In this document: piece after piece, positions 31,838 through 46,918 of the stretch | Numbering within the stretch: the stretch's first letter is position 1 | Layout of the letters: each line of letters starts with the position of its first letter | Source of the DNA: Salpingoeca rosetta | Taxonomy: Eukaryota; Protista; Choanoflagellata | DNA length: 64,000 nucleotides | Reading direction: 5' to 3' | Assembly: GCA_033442325.1 (NCBI GenBank) | Contig: JAWQFM010000026.1 | Location: 656,170 to 720,169 of the forward strand | Position numbers and translations under genes: made by a program | The notes under the pieces: generated by a model | The model's database searches: none | What the model was told of the DNA's origin: nothing | The model's input: only the letters and a program-made list of their open reading frames with translations

Positions 31838-32790
31838 GTCATGATTGATGCTTTTTGTGCGTATATGTGCGTATATGTGTGTATGTATGTATGTGTGTGC
31901 TTCCTTGTGTCTGGTGCACTCTGTGTATGTGCGCAGCTGCTGCACTGCTGCTGTTGTATGCAGCCAGTGCATCCAAAGAAAGAACATCCACGATGCCCAC
32001 CAGCCAACCACATCAAATCATCCAACCACGCCAACGTTGGTGTATATCGACAGTTGCATGAACTAATGCGCACTAGCCCTATGGTGTCCTTCTGCAATCG
32101 TATATTTTTCATATTAACAAAATATTTGGCTGTGTGTTTGTGTTTGTTTTGGCGCTACCAACCAACCAACGAAACAAGCAAGCAAGCAAGGCAAGGCAAG
32201 CAAGCGCGACGAAACCAAAAAAACGGACCAACCCCCACATACGCACGCAAACGCTTGCAACACCCATCAACCACACACACAGCAACAGCAACAACAGCGA
32301 CAGCAACGCACGAACCAACCACCGTCTGTCTCTCTCTGCCTGATCCACACAGCCACACGTCCATCGTCCATCCACCTGTGCGTGATCAGCTTCACAGCCT
32401 TCTTCTTTCAGACTTGCTCGCTGGCTGGCCAGCTGCCCTGCTGCCCTGCTGCTGTTTTTCTTCTCGTCTGTTTCCTCTGAGCAAGCACGGACACCAACAC
32501 CCACCAACGCACACGCCGTCCACACCAAGACCCACGCAAACCACAGCCACCGTTCCGTACATACCACGGCAACAACAGCTTTTTGCTGTTGTTAAGTTTA
32601 CTGCTTCCTTCTTGTGACACCAAGTCTTACGGGCAACGTAACGGCTCACCGGTTGAGAAAGGGAAGCACACTTGGGCGCTGCGAGCATCCGCGTTCCTCC
32701 TCTTGCACTGCCAGCTCGTTTGTCGCCCCGTCTCGTGCCTCTGTTTCTGCAAACCGTTGCTGCGACACCGTTGTCGCGTAGACGTCCACC

Positions 32791-34553
32791 ATGACAGAGC
32801 CAAAGGTGCGTGCGAAGCAGCGGCCGTGGCTGTTGTTTGTTTGTTGTTGAGCTGGTGCCAAGTGTGTGTTGTGCGGTCACCTGGCGCAGCACTCGTTTGC
32901 TCGCTTGCCTGCCTGTCTACCTGTTTGTCTGTCTGTCTGTCTGCCTGTTGTTGTTGCTTGGTTGTTGTTGCTTCTCGCTTGCTCTGCGGCTCGTGCGACG
33001 ATGACTTCCCTTTCCAATATTCACACACACGCACACACATACACATGCACATACACATGCACATCGCACACACACACACGCACGCGCGCACAGATCCAAC
33101 AACTGTATGATGACATTTCGGTGTCTGCTGTGAACCTGTCTCGTGATGGAACGACCACCGTCACCAGCACAACCGCAGGGGCAAACTCGGCGTCATCTGC
33201 GACGCTGGCGCCGGCGTCGGCCGTTGCACCCGCGCTGCCACGCATCAACGAGCGCCCAAACTCCGCCGCGCGCGGCTCGCACATCACCTCCGCGCCCATT
33301 GGCCGGCTGTCGCGCATTGACTCTGCCAAGGCCAAGGTGAAGCAGGAGCTGCCACTCACGCCGCTGCAGGCGATTGAGAAGTACAGCCGCCACCTCACCC
33401 CTTACGAGCAGGACGAGATTATGACATACCCGCAGGTGTGGTTTGTCGGGCACCGCGCGAAGAAGATCAACGCAAACGCGTCCAAGCCAAACAACTGCGG
33501 CTACGACGACGACAAGGGCCGCTACAAGTGCGTGAAGCACGACCACATTGGGTACCGCTACGAAATCATGCGCGGGCTGGGCAAGGGCTCCTTTGGCGAC
33601 GTGGTGGAGACGTACGACCACAAGAACAAGCAGCCACAGGCCGTCAAGATTATTCGCAACGAGCGCAGGTTCCACCGGCAGGCGCAGATTGAGGTGAAGA
33701 TTCTTGAGCAGCTGAAGCGCAGCGACCGCCGGCGTAACCACCATGTCGTGCACATCAACGAGTACTTTATGTTCCGCAACCACCTGTGCATCACGTTTGA
33801 CCTGATGCACCAGGACCTGTACACGGCGCTGAAGAAGGACGGCTTCAAGGGGTTCACGCTCACGCAGGTCAACAAGTTCTGCCGCTCGCTGCTGTCGTGC
33901 CTGCGGCTGCTGCGCCGACAGAAGGTGATCCACTGCGACCTCAAGCCCGAGAACATACTGCTCACGGAGCGGAACAACGACGACATCACCGTCATCGACT
34001 TTGGGTCGGCGTGCCTGGAGCACCAGAAGATACACTCGTACATCCAGAGTCGCTTCTACCGTGCGCCCGAGATCATATTGGGTACCGGGTACTCGATTGC
34101 CATTGACATGTGGTCGCTCGGCTGCATCCTCGCCGAACTGTACACGGGGCAGCCCATCTTCCCTGGAAGGGACGAGAAGGAGCAGCTCATGTACCAGATG
34201 GAGGTACTCGGTACCCCGCCAGCGCACGTGCTGCGCGTGGCCAAACGCACAAGCGTGTTCTTCCACAGCGATGGTTCACCGCGCGTCACGCGCGACCGCA
34301 AGGGGCGTGTCCACGTTCCCGGTGGACGCCCGCTCCACAAGGCCGTGCGCACAGACAACCAGGACTTTCTCGATTTCCTCCAGCGTGAGTGAACCTTGTT
34401 CTTCGTGTGTGTTCTCTTGTGTGTGTGTGTGCTTGTGTGTGTGTGTGTGTGTGTGTGTGTTCTCGTGTGTGCTTGTGTGTGCTTGTGTGTGTGTGTGTGT
34501 GTCACAAGTGCGCGTCTTTTGTGTACCCGTGTACTCTCAATCGAACCACTTCC

Positions 34554-34652
<99 letters not shown>

Positions 34653-35424
34653 CACACACACAGGGTGCTTCGAGTGGGATCCGCACACGCGCATTTCGCC
34701 CAAGGAGGCGTCTCGCCACCCGTGGATCAGCACAGATGCAGGCAGCCGGCTGATGGTCGAGGCTGCGTTGTCGGAGAGCCAGCGCAGCAACAGCTCGGTG
34801 TCGCGCCTGGCAGACAACCTCTCGCGTGTCAAGGCCGTGCCCAACCCAGACGAATACCACGAAGTGACTGTTGCGGTTGACGGCAACTCCAGCAAGCCCG
34901 CGCCAACACAACAACAACAGCAACAGCAGCAGCAGCAGCAGCAAGTGTCGGCTGGCGTGGCGTCTGCACCAAACGCACCATCGTCATCGTCATCATCAAT
35001 AGCAACAGCAAAGACGGCGGGGTCAACACGCAGCAGTGGCGGTGGCAGTGGCGTGTCGAGCTCGGGGCTGCACCGATCACAGAGTATGCGCACACAGCCA
35101 CCACCAGTATCATCGGCAGCAACGGGGCCAACCTCGATGAGCAAGCCAGGCCGCACTGCCAGCTCTGGACCAAAGATGACATCCCGCAGCAGCAGCATGA
35201 AGCAGCAGCAGCAGCAGAGCACGCCAGGTGGTATGTCGTCGTCGTTGGGGAGCAGCCTGTCACGAACATCCTCAAATGCACGGCCAATGCCGCCCTCGTC
35301 CGCAAGCACACGCTCCACGCGTCTCCGTGGTCGCCAGGCGTGGGGGTCTGTGAAACTTGACCCCATCAACCCGCAGCCAGATAAGGTGCGCACCGCTAGC
35401 GAAACCAAGAGCTCCAACGTCTAG
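32791..35424 (+). CDS. Class 2 DYRK dual-specificity kinase (DYRK2/3/4-like); 3 exons
   Basis: Exons 32791-32805 (MTEPK), 33094-34384, 34664-35424. NAPA-like 'LTPYEQDEIMTYPQVWFVG', DH-box 'GYDDDKGRY', 'GKGSFG', 'AVKIIRN', 'HCDLKPEN', 'DFGSAC', 'YIQSRFYRAPE'. Confidence 0.9.
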
Positions 35425-36233
35425 CACCTTGCTGCAGGACGTGGTGTTGGCGCACGATGCACGCTGCAGGGCTCTGTTCCTTCGCGATCCTTGCAGTTCG
35501 TGTGTGTGCGTGCGCGGGTGCACGTATTTGTCGTGTGTTTTGCGTGCGTGTGTGTGCGTGAATTAGCGTGGCAGTCGAGGGTGTATGTAGGAGTTGAGCA
35601 GACACTAGTGTGTTAAGCCATTCTTGTTTGTTTGTGTGTGTGCGTGTGTGTGTATGTGTGTTGTGAGCAGGCTGTACAATGGTGTCTGTCCATGTGCGGT
35701 CGCATGCCGTTGCTGTTACTCTTTTCCCTTTTTTGCTCCTTTCCTTTTGCGTTCTCTCGTGGCTTTTGTGCCTTTTTATTGGCGTTATCTTCATTGACAT
35801 CATCGTTCGTTGTTGACAATCACACATCATCTTTGTATTGGTACGCGCTATTCATCATCCCTTCGTTCATTCCTTTGTATTGCTTTGTCCATTTTGTCGC
35901 TTTGTATTGCGTTGTCCAAGTTCACTCTCTGTAATCGACCTGACTGTTGTGCATACCCTTTTCCCTAACATACAGCATTGTTGAGCCCATGGATGGTGGG
36001 AGAGATAGAAGGAGAGAGTGAGGGAGGGAGAGGAGAGTACACTTGACGCTCAACGTCGACACCCACAGCGTTCACAGCTACCCTGATCATTTCGTGCAAA
36101 TTTTGCAAACCTGCTGGTTTCCAAGCGAAGTGCACACACAACAGCCAATACAGCAGCCAACAAGCACTCAGCAGCTTTGCTTGTTGCAAGTGAGCATTGG
36201 GTTGGCGACGCGCAGTGCCTGCTGAGGGACACC

Positions 36234-36971
36234 ATGGAAGATGGCCAGCTCCACAATGCCGAGCAGGCAATGCACGCTGAGCTTCCATCGCAGGCACGGG
36301 CACAGCGAGTGAGGGAGCGGTTGAACGAGATGTTCGCTGCGCTCTTCACCTCATCCTCAGCGTCGCTGCAAGCATCGTCCAGATCGTCCATGGTTGCCGC
36401 GCCCACCACGGGCACTGCTGGCGGCGGTACTGGCGGTGCAGCAAATAGAGCCTCGCGACAGACGGGCTCCGCAAAGGAGAGCGAACGCAACCCGTACAGG
36501 CAGCGTTTGCGTGAGGTGCGTGTTTGTACGTGTGTGAGGTGTGGGCGCGTTTGTGTTTGTGCGTGCGTGCGTGTGGATGATGTGTATGTTTGTGTATGTG
36601 TGATGTGGATGATGTGTGTGTGTGTGTACGTATGTGACTTGCACATGTGTGTGCGTGTATCGCCGCTGCTGTCAAACACCACACATCAGCGACGAACGAC
36701 ATCAGTGCTCATCTCGTCCTCCTGCATGTGTACAGATTTATCGGGAGCGAGATGTGGTTGTGGCCCAGACACAGGAGTTGCTGCAACAATTGGACGATGC
36801 AAAGGTGATGATGCGTCATTGTGCGAGCAAGCGCATTCCCAGCACAAAGCCACGCCATCATGAACAACAACACCATTCCACCCGTCATGATGTTCCATGA
36901 GCTCACCCACTCAATCAAACACTCCAAGTCTCTCTGCCCCACCAGCTAAGTCTCTGCCACACACACACACG

Positions 36972-37020
<49 letters not shown>

Positions 37021-38160
37021 ACAAACACACACAAACACACACAAACACACACGTTTACACTCCCTTACACACACGTACGCTGTTTGTCTGTGCAGAGCCA
37101 TATCTCCGAGGCCATTGAACAGCAGGAACAAGAGCGGACAGAGGCATTCACAGATAACGCCACTGTCGCCCCAATCGGTGCGCTGAGCAGTGCTCATATG
37201 CGTGATCATGTGTTACCCTTGTGTTTGTGTGTGCTGACATGTGTGCTGACGTGTGGGAGGCGAGGGCCGATGCGTGCAGCTTTTCGCTTTCCCACCCGCT
37301 GGAGCGCTTATGCTCACCAGCAGCCACTTCGACTGCACATGGCACGCTGCTACATGCCATACACCACCTCGACCACCAGTGATTGACCTCAAGAGCATCT
37401 TGCGGGACCGCGATGTGGACACGGCGTCACTGCCGCTGCTCTCGGCCTTTGACTATCTCCCGCGTCCAAAGAACAACCCGGCCCCGCAGCGCGCCAACCG
37501 CCCGCCCTCATACGCCCGCGCAACAAAGGTCTGTCGTGTGTGTGTGTGTGTGTCGTGTGTGTCGTGTGTGTATGTGTGTGTGTCGTGTGTGTCGTGTGCA
37601 TGACTGTATTGCACGCGGTTGTTCGCACCGCATCTTCCTCAACTCATGCTCATCATCTTGTCCGCGTGCGTACGTGTATGTACAGACGTCTACGATGCGC
37701 CTGCGGGCACAGGCGCGGAAGTTCCCCGATCAAGTGCACGAGTTAACAGAGTGTAAGCGTTTTTCTTGAATGCCGATGCGTGCGTGCGTGTGTGTGTGTG
37801 TGCGAGTGAATGTGTACACGACACAGCACACTGCGCTTCTGGTTGCGTTGTTTCGCACTGTGTCTCACCTCTCAACCCACACACACACACACACTCTCTC
37901 TCTCGCACACACACATACACACACATACATACACGTGACAGCTGAGGCGGCTGAGAAGTGGCGCAAGGAGGTGGTGGAGCCGCCCAGCTCAAAGCGGCAG
38001 TGGAAGGGCAAGATGAGCAAGGAAACCGAAAAGGTGTGGTGCTTGTGTGTTTGTGTGTGTGTGTGTGTGCGTGTGGTGATACGACTGTCCTCACAGCACC
38101 TTATTTTTGCACATGCCTGCTGCAGCAACTCCAGCTTCATTCATTCACACGCAAACACAC

Positions 38161-38242
<82 letters not shown>

Positions 38243-38638
38243 TGCATCCCATCTCTCACCCACGCATGCATTCACACACACACACACACATTGCATCACC
38301 CACGCATACATTCGCACATATCACGCGTCACGCGCAGTCGCTGAAGAAGGAACTGTCCATGTTCAAGACAAAGACGGAAGGGTTTCTGCGTAATCCACGC
38401 GACACGGCACAGCAGCCGGCACAAGACACAGAGCTCACAGCGATGGCCATGGTGCGTTGGTTGCTGATGTGCTTGTGGTTGCGGTTGCGGTGGCGTGCTG
38501 AACGCTCTGGCCATCACACTCTTCACCGCTGTTGCAAGAAGCAGCAGCAGCACCGCCACCACCTTTCATCCTAACAACCACACTCATTGCCATCATTACC
38601 ATGACCATCACCATCACAACTACCATCGTCACAACTAC

Positions 38639-38717
<79 letters not shown>

Positions 38718-39049
38718 TCGTGGTTCAGACGGGTACGCGACAGCGGCAGGCGGCAGCGGAGGACGCGCGTGTGTTCCGGCCCATTCCTCCGGTTGTTGCG
38801 TTCAACACATTTGAGCGAAATGCAAAGTTGCAGCAGACACTCACGCTGGTCAACACCTCCCGCGTCTCGCGCGTTCTTCGCATCCGCCCCCTCAAATCGG
38901 ACCACTTTGCCGTGACCGGCACCAAGTTCCCCACAGGTCTAATCACACACAACACACACGCATACACATACACGTGCACACACATACACACACATGCACA
39001 TGCACACACATGCACATACACATACACGCACGCATGCACACGCACGCAC

Positions 39050-39125
<76 letters not shown>

Positions 39126-41779
39126 GTACATGCACAAACGCACACACGTACACTTCGTGGGCTCGGGATCTCTGTGTCGCCCGTGTTCGTGTGTCCTCAA
39201 CAGCTCATCCCCACAACATACATCCTCGCCCCGCACCGTGCCTGCAGGCAACGCACAGGATGCGGTTGCTCCCGGTCTGTCTGTGGAGGTGACGATTGCG
39301 TTCACACCAGACCACCTCGGCACCTACAAGGAAGAGCTGGAGATTCTCCCAGAGGTGAGCCGCATGCCGGCAGCCATTGGTGTGCGTGGCGCTGACGTTG
39401 GGCGGTATTGACTAGTGATTGCTGGTGGTCACGCGGTGAAAATGCCTGCACAGCACCTTATACAGTCGTCGTAGTAGCTCGCCATTTTTCCCACATGCAC
39501 ACACACTCACATAACACAATGACAACACACTCACACTCACACATACAACACACGCATACCACTCACTCACAACACACTCACACGCGCTCGACAACACACT
39601 CACAACACACATAACACTTGCTGCACCCGTGGTTTTGTCACTCCGCTCTGTCACGGCAACAGAACGGTGCACCGTTCATGGTGGATCTGATTGGGGAGCG
39701 CAACCCGCCTGGCCTGACGCTTGAACCCACTGTGGACCTTGGCGTGCACCTCAAAGGGTCACGCACGCATCACTCCATCGACTTCACCAACACGGGTGGT
39801 GACACCCGCTTCAGGATCATCCCTTTCTCGCACGTGCGTGAATGTTTGTGTCGCGTTGTGTACATGTGTATGTGCGCATGTGTATGGTTAATGCTGCTGT
39901 TATTCTGAGCACACCAGCTTCACAATCACTTCGCACCTCCGCACACGCACACACTTTTGTACCGCCACACATTACTCGACCCAACTCAACACGCTAACAC
40001 AATTCGCACACACCCACACATGTGCGCATCAGGTGAAGAGCAGCACACGCGCGAGTGCAAAGTCCTCAGCGGCCGCCAGCGACGCGGGCACTGATTCAAT
40101 TGATTTGCAGAACCTGGAGGCCCTGCCCGAAACGTTTTGGAGCTGCAACAGCAAGGACAGTGCACGTGAGGGCGGAGACGACCAGCATGATGCAAGAAGC
40201 ATGGACACTGTTGCAAGCGGGCGGTTCTTCCAGATCACAAACGCATGTCAGATGGTGGCGGAGAACGCACAGTCACAACTGCATGTGGAAGCCACGCTTT
40301 CCCAAGAAGGAAGGTGTCGTGAGCGCTTTGTGATCATCTTCGACAACTGCCTCTTTCGCATGTTGGACATTGAGGCTGAGGCTGAACTGCCAAATGTGTC
40401 TGTGAGCGGACGCCACATTCTTCAAGATGATGACACACTCAGGTCCGTGCTGCTGCTGGCATATGTTTTCTTGCGCGAGTGCATGCACTTATGTGTGTGT
40501 GTGTATGTGTGTGTGTGTGTGTGTGTGCTTGCACATTGTATTCGCTGGCTGTACATGTGTGATTGTGGCATGAACACATTCAACACTGGCATGGTTGTCT
40601 CTTTTCCAGACTCATTTCTCTTTCCTCCATCACCACCGCTGCCTTCACCACCGCCACCAATCATCTCATCTCGTCTACGTCCACCACGTCGACAGGCTCC
40701 TCATGCAGCCGTGCATGTGGAACTTTGGTGCAGAGCGCACTGTCACACTCACAAACAATGGCGCAGTCCCAGTCACATTCAGCGCTTCCATCCAACCAAA
40801 GAGGAAGTTGCAACAGCACCCGCAGCGTGATGAGAGCAAGGAAATATTGCCGGCGACCGCCACCCTGTTTTCTTGCGAGGAAGGGGAGGAAAGTCGGTCC
40901 TCCATTCCCTCCTCGGAGGCGTGCGGCATGTTTTCTGTGCATCCACCCGCGACCACCATCGAGGCTGGCAGTGATGTCACGCTGACCATCACCTGCTCGC
41001 CGCAGACAACCTTGCGTCATGCGCACCCTGTGTGCGCAGAGGCGTGGCTGGTGGTTGAAGCCCAGGACCTGCCGGGCGATTTGGCCGATGCACACGCAGT
41101 GCTGTTGGAATCATGCCTGCAGGCAACCATCTCGTCGTGCCAGGTGGGTTTACGCTGCTGCGCCGTACAACCACCAAATGCAAGCCACTGCCCTGTGTAC
41201 ACATGCGCGCCTACTTCATTCACCCACAATAACAACAACAATGCCACCACCACCACCACCACCACCACCACTGCCGTTGGCATTGACAGGCGAGTGTGCA
41301 TCCACCAGCGTTGGCGTGGGCAGCAGCTGTGGAGCCGTCCGTGCCTGCAAGCATCCCCATTGTCATACGCAACGAGTCGGACGCAACGCTGCAGTTTTCC
41401 TGCGCCGCCGTCGTGCTTCCCACCGCTGTTCTCCACCTCCAACACCAACAAGGTGCGCCCACAACTCCGCAACTGTTGTGTGTACATGTGTGTGTGGACG
41501 CATTTATGAGCGTACATGGCTTGGTGGTCGTGGGTTTTGTGTACTTGCTCTCCTCGCCAAGTGCTATTCTCACCTAAGCTCACAAACACACACACACATA
41601 TGTACGCCCATATTGTCCTTCACACATTGCCTTTTTCACCGCATACCAGGCTCCATCCCTCCGCGCGGAACACAGCACACATCTGTGATTATTGCTGGTC
41701 GCAGCGAGGGCGACGTGAACACGACCATGAAGATTGAGTTTGACAGGGCCCCACCCATCCTCCTTCCAGTCACAGCTTC

Positions 41780-41877
<98 letters not shown>

Positions 41878-42308
41878 TACACAAGCTCATTACGCTCGAT
41901 ACCTTCGCGTTCTTGCACGTTGTTGTTCCAACACTCATACTCACCTCCGCTCTCTCAACCCCCACCCTGCCACCGTGCGCTGCAGCTGTCTGTGCGCCCA
42001 ACAGTGCTCGGCCGCTACTCGGCCACGCTGCACGTGCACATTGGCGGGCGCAGCGCTCCCGAGCTCATTGCCGTGTCGGCCACGGTGCAGGAGCCCCTGT
42101 GCTGCTTCACATCCTCCTCCATCCTGTACGTTCGTGATGTCGGTGTAACTGCTAGCGGCGGTGGTGATAATGATGTAGCTTGTGCGTGCATGGCTCTGAT
42201 GCGTCCTGTTCACGTCAACATCATGCAAGCCAGCATCTCACAGTCTATGCTTGTGACATACACACACACGCACGCGCGCATACACACACACACATACACA
42301 CACATCAC

Positions 42309-42398
<90 letters not shown>

Positions 42399-45300
42399 CG
42401 TTGCCACAGCTTCCCGCGTGTGTATGCCGGAGTGCCTGCGATGGTGATGGCGCACTTGCGCAACTTATCAGCGCTGGACACGTCTTTCAGCCACCGCGCC
42501 AACATCGCCCTGCTCCCCATCACTTCCCGTGCTGTCATTGCGCGCACCGCACAAAGCGCCAGACGCCACCGCCACCACGCAGACGGTAGCGGCGATGGTG
42601 GTGAAGCCGATGAAGTGATTTCGCATGGTGTCAAGCAGCAGCAGCAACAGCACCAGCAGCACAAGAAGCATCAGCAAGGCCTTCACCCCCTGACGAGCGA
42701 CGACGTGATTGTGTCGGTGACGCCGGAATCTGGGGTGCTCAAGGCTGGCGAGACGCTTGAACTGGCCGTTGCATTTACTGCCCGGCGACCCGGCCCGCTC
42801 GCCCCGCACATGCTCGTGTTTGACATTGATGGCGTGAAGCAGCCGCTGCCGCTGGCTGTCATGGCGGACGTGCGCGGTGTGTCGCTGTCGTACGAGGTTG
42901 GCGCGCACATGTACACGGAGCTGAACGGACCGCCGGATGATGTGGACGTCAACACGGCACCAGGCGCCCTCAGCATTGCCCATCCATCCCACGCCACCCT
43001 CGCCTCCACCTCCACCACCCTCAGGCGCACACGAGATGCCGCCGCCATTGATGCTGCTGCTGCTGCTTCTGACTCTGCAGCGCAGCCACTGGACCCGCAC
43101 CACCTGTATCTGCCTGTTGTGCGGCCGGCCAAGAGCTCGGCTGTTGCGTTTTCCCGGCGAAGGCGACAGGCGCGCCGCGTGGGCACAATGTCCTCTGTGC
43201 CCAGCATTGTGGTGACGCTGCCTGATGGCCAGGACCACGCCAAGCACAGCAGCGACACTGACACCGGCACCGACACTGACACTGACACTGACGACAATAA
43301 CAGCCAAGCTGGTGATGGCGATGGTGGTGGTGCGCAAGGGGGTGATGGCGCAGAGAGTGAGCAGCCGCCCGTGTCTCAGTCGTCCTCGTCCACCTCCGTG
43401 ACCTCACGGTCGAAGAAGAAGAAGAAGAAGAAGCGTAAGAAGCGTGGTGCAGCGGTACCATCACGATCACCGCGACAACAGCCGCTGGAGGTGCGTGGCC
43501 TCGTGTTTGAGCAGGTGCAGGCACACGTGCCGACATACAAGCTGCTGCGACTGACCAACCACTCTGGTATTGCTGCCACGCTGCATGCCAGCGTGACATT
43601 CTTCCCCGCGCGGGAGAATGTGCGTCTGCAAGTGCACGGCATTGGAGGTGATGCTGCAACGACAGTTTGCGGTGACGCAGACGCTGCAAATGGCAGGACA
43701 GCACCGCGTGCACGCACCCAGCGGCACACGGCAGCACAACAGGCCACGCAACGGACACATGCAACAGCCACAGCAGCGAGAGCAACTGGCAAGAGCAGCA
43801 TGCGAACGGGGCAGAAAACGCGGCAGCTACCCCGGGCACCGGACATGGCCCGCAAGACGGCGGTTGGCACGTTCAAGCGGTCTGTGAAGAGCATCAAGGC
43901 AAGCATCAAGGCAGCCGTGCAGCCGGTTGAGCCTGCAGTCGCACTCAAGTCGACGGCAACCACATTTGGCGCATGCTTCATGCCGGAAGAGGCAGTGGTT
44001 TCCGTGCCGCCCCATGGCAGCTGCACACTGCGTGTGTGGTGCTACGCCGATGTGTGGGGTGACTATTCAGACCACCTCGTGCTGCGCGGGGAGCACCTGG
44101 ACACGGTGCACGTGCCACTGCGGGCCAGCGTAACGGGCTGCTCCCTTGTGCCGCTCGTGACTGGAGCGAGCGACCTCAGCCCCCTCCTCCGCCTGCCCTC
44201 TCTGGCGCTGCGCAGCAACACCGAGCACCATGGCAGTGGTGTCGATGCTGTTGATGGTGTCGGTGCAGGTGATGGTGGCAGTGCTGTTGATGCAGGTGAT
44301 GCTAGCCACGATGAGGTTGAGGGCCGGGCCACGATTCGAAAGTTGAGCGTGAAGAACCCCACCAGCCAGCCGCTGGCGCTGGTGTGGGAGACGTACGACG
44401 TTCTTGCAGACGACAAGCAGCTTGTGGATGTGTTTGCGCGCACGATCAATGACGACCCCGTGCTGAATCCGCCGCACACCCACGACAATGGCAGTGGTGG
44501 CGATGGCGGTGTTGATGGTGATGAACCGTTGCTGAAATTGCGGGTGCGTGCGCATGAAGGCAAGCGCTCGCACGTCTTCTCCGTGTGGCCGCCCGTGGCG
44601 GTGATCACCCCAGACCAGACAACGGTGTTCAAGGTGCGGTTTGCACCGAATACGCTGGGCACATTCAACGGCTTTGTGCGCGCAGTTGTGTTCACGCCTG
44701 CGCAGGCGAGTCTGTCTCTCGCGCCGATGCCTGCAAGCAAAGACGTGATTGCGTTTCTGCATGGCCACGAGGAGCGGCTGCCACCGTTCCCCGTGCAGAC
44801 ACTGATGCTCGACAGAGAGACGGCCACACTGCGTGCACCGACGGCCTCTGAAGCGAAGCAGCTAGTCAAGGAGGTGGACGTTGTCGATGACGTTGCTGGC
44901 GGTGACCGTGATCGCGGCGATGGTGATCGCGACGATGACGTTCAGCAGCCACAACAACTTTTGCAGTCGCAGGAGTCACAACAGCAAGAGCAAGAGCAAG
45001 AGCAAGAGCGGGCAACTGCAAAGGTGACGAGGAAGCAGAGGCAGCTGCGATTTATTGCTGGGTTGGTGCGACGCAGCACGCTGCGTACGGAGTCCACGGC
45101 GCTGACGATTCAGGTGACGGCCCGGGCCGAACATCCGCTGCTGCAGGTGGTTGGGGCGCCTGACACTGGCGTTTTGTTCCAGTTGAGTAGCGATGACGTA
45201 CAAGAGGGACGCAAGGCGCATTCAACAAGCTTCACGCTGTACAACCCCACGTCCAGCCGCATCACATTCCGGCTGCACGCAACGCCCGAGTTCCAGGTTG

Positions 45301-45765
45301 GCCTGGTTGGCGCGCCGTCAACAACAGGCAGCTCAACGCGCGCAACAACAGCAGTGACGACCACGACAGGCACGGCCGCAACAGCCGCAATGGTGCGTGC
45401 AGGCACGGGCTCAACACAGCAGCGCAGCGGGAGAATACGGGGTCGCAGTCCAAAGTACGCCGTGTCCATGCGAGGCACCAGTGCTGTTGGCGGTGATGGT
45501 GATGGTGCAGTGACTGCGCAGCGACAGGCGACGGCGCAGCTTGGGCGGGCAGACATCAAGTCGATGGTCAAGCCCATCGTGCTTGAGCCAGCGCAGTCGT
45601 GCTCGGTTGGCGTGCGGTGGAGCGTGCCGTCTGTCCGCGCGCTCGTCTCGCGTGCGTGGAATGCGGCGTCGCCTCGCAAGTCGCTGCGGGAACGGCCGTC
45701 CACAGTGCTGAGTCAGCAGTTTTTGGGCGATGCGGAGAGCGATCGGAAGGGACGACAAAGCCGTG

Positions 45766-45796
<31 letters not shown>

Positions 45797-45954
45797 AGAG
45801 GAGGAAGAGGGTGAGGAGGAGGTGGTGCAGTACCGACCAACCGCTGTGACGATTGCCGATGGTGTTGAGTTTGAGATTGAAGGGTCCCCTGATGTCCTTC
45901 GTGTTCCAATCAAGGCCCTGCTGCATCTGCCGCACCTGCAGCTGCAAGAAGACA

Positions 45955-46051
<97 letters not shown>

Positions 46052-46302
46052 CGCGCTTGTTGGAGCGTGTGTGGGTGTTCACTTGTGAGTTTTCTGTTGC
46101 ATCTCTCATGCCGCCGTATTTCCCCATTTCGTGTGCGATATCTGTTGTGTGCTGCACTGCTGCCAGCTTGACTTTGGGCGGTGTGTGCTCGGAGAACCGC
46201 AGGTGAAGACCGTCACCCTCATCAATTTAGGTGCGGTCGAGCGTACATGTTATGTGCAGCGTCGATGTCATGTTGTTTTGTTTGTTGTGTTGGATGCCCT
46301 GC

Positions 46303-46339
<37 letters not shown>

Positions 46340-46340
46340 C

Positions 46341-46387
<47 letters not shown>

Positions 46388-46828
46388 NNNNNNNNNNNNN
46401 NNNNNNNNNNNNNNNNNNNNNNNNNNNNNNNNNNNNNNNNNNNNNNNNNNNNNNNNNNNNNNNNNNNNNNNNNNNNNNNNNNNNNNNNNNNNNNNNNNNN
46501 NNNNNNNNNNNNNNNNNNNNNNNNNNNNNNNNNNNNNNNNNNNNNNNNNNNNNNNNNNNNNNNNNNNNNNNNNNNNNNNNNNNNNNNNNNNNNCGTGCGC
46601 CTGCGTGGTCGTGCGCCTGCGTTTTTGTGTATCTGCACGTATGTGCGTGCGCGTTGCGTGTTGCGCGCGTAGCATCCATTGTCTCACGCCCGGGTGATGT
46701 TTTTCTATGTCATGTGAACGTTTCTCCACAGCCAACCAGCGCTCAATTGAGCGTCACGCCACAATTGGTGAGCAACACTCACCATTTGTGTGTGTGTGTG
46801 TGTATGTATGCCTTCTGTGTGTGTCTGT

Positions 46829-46918
<90 letters not shown>

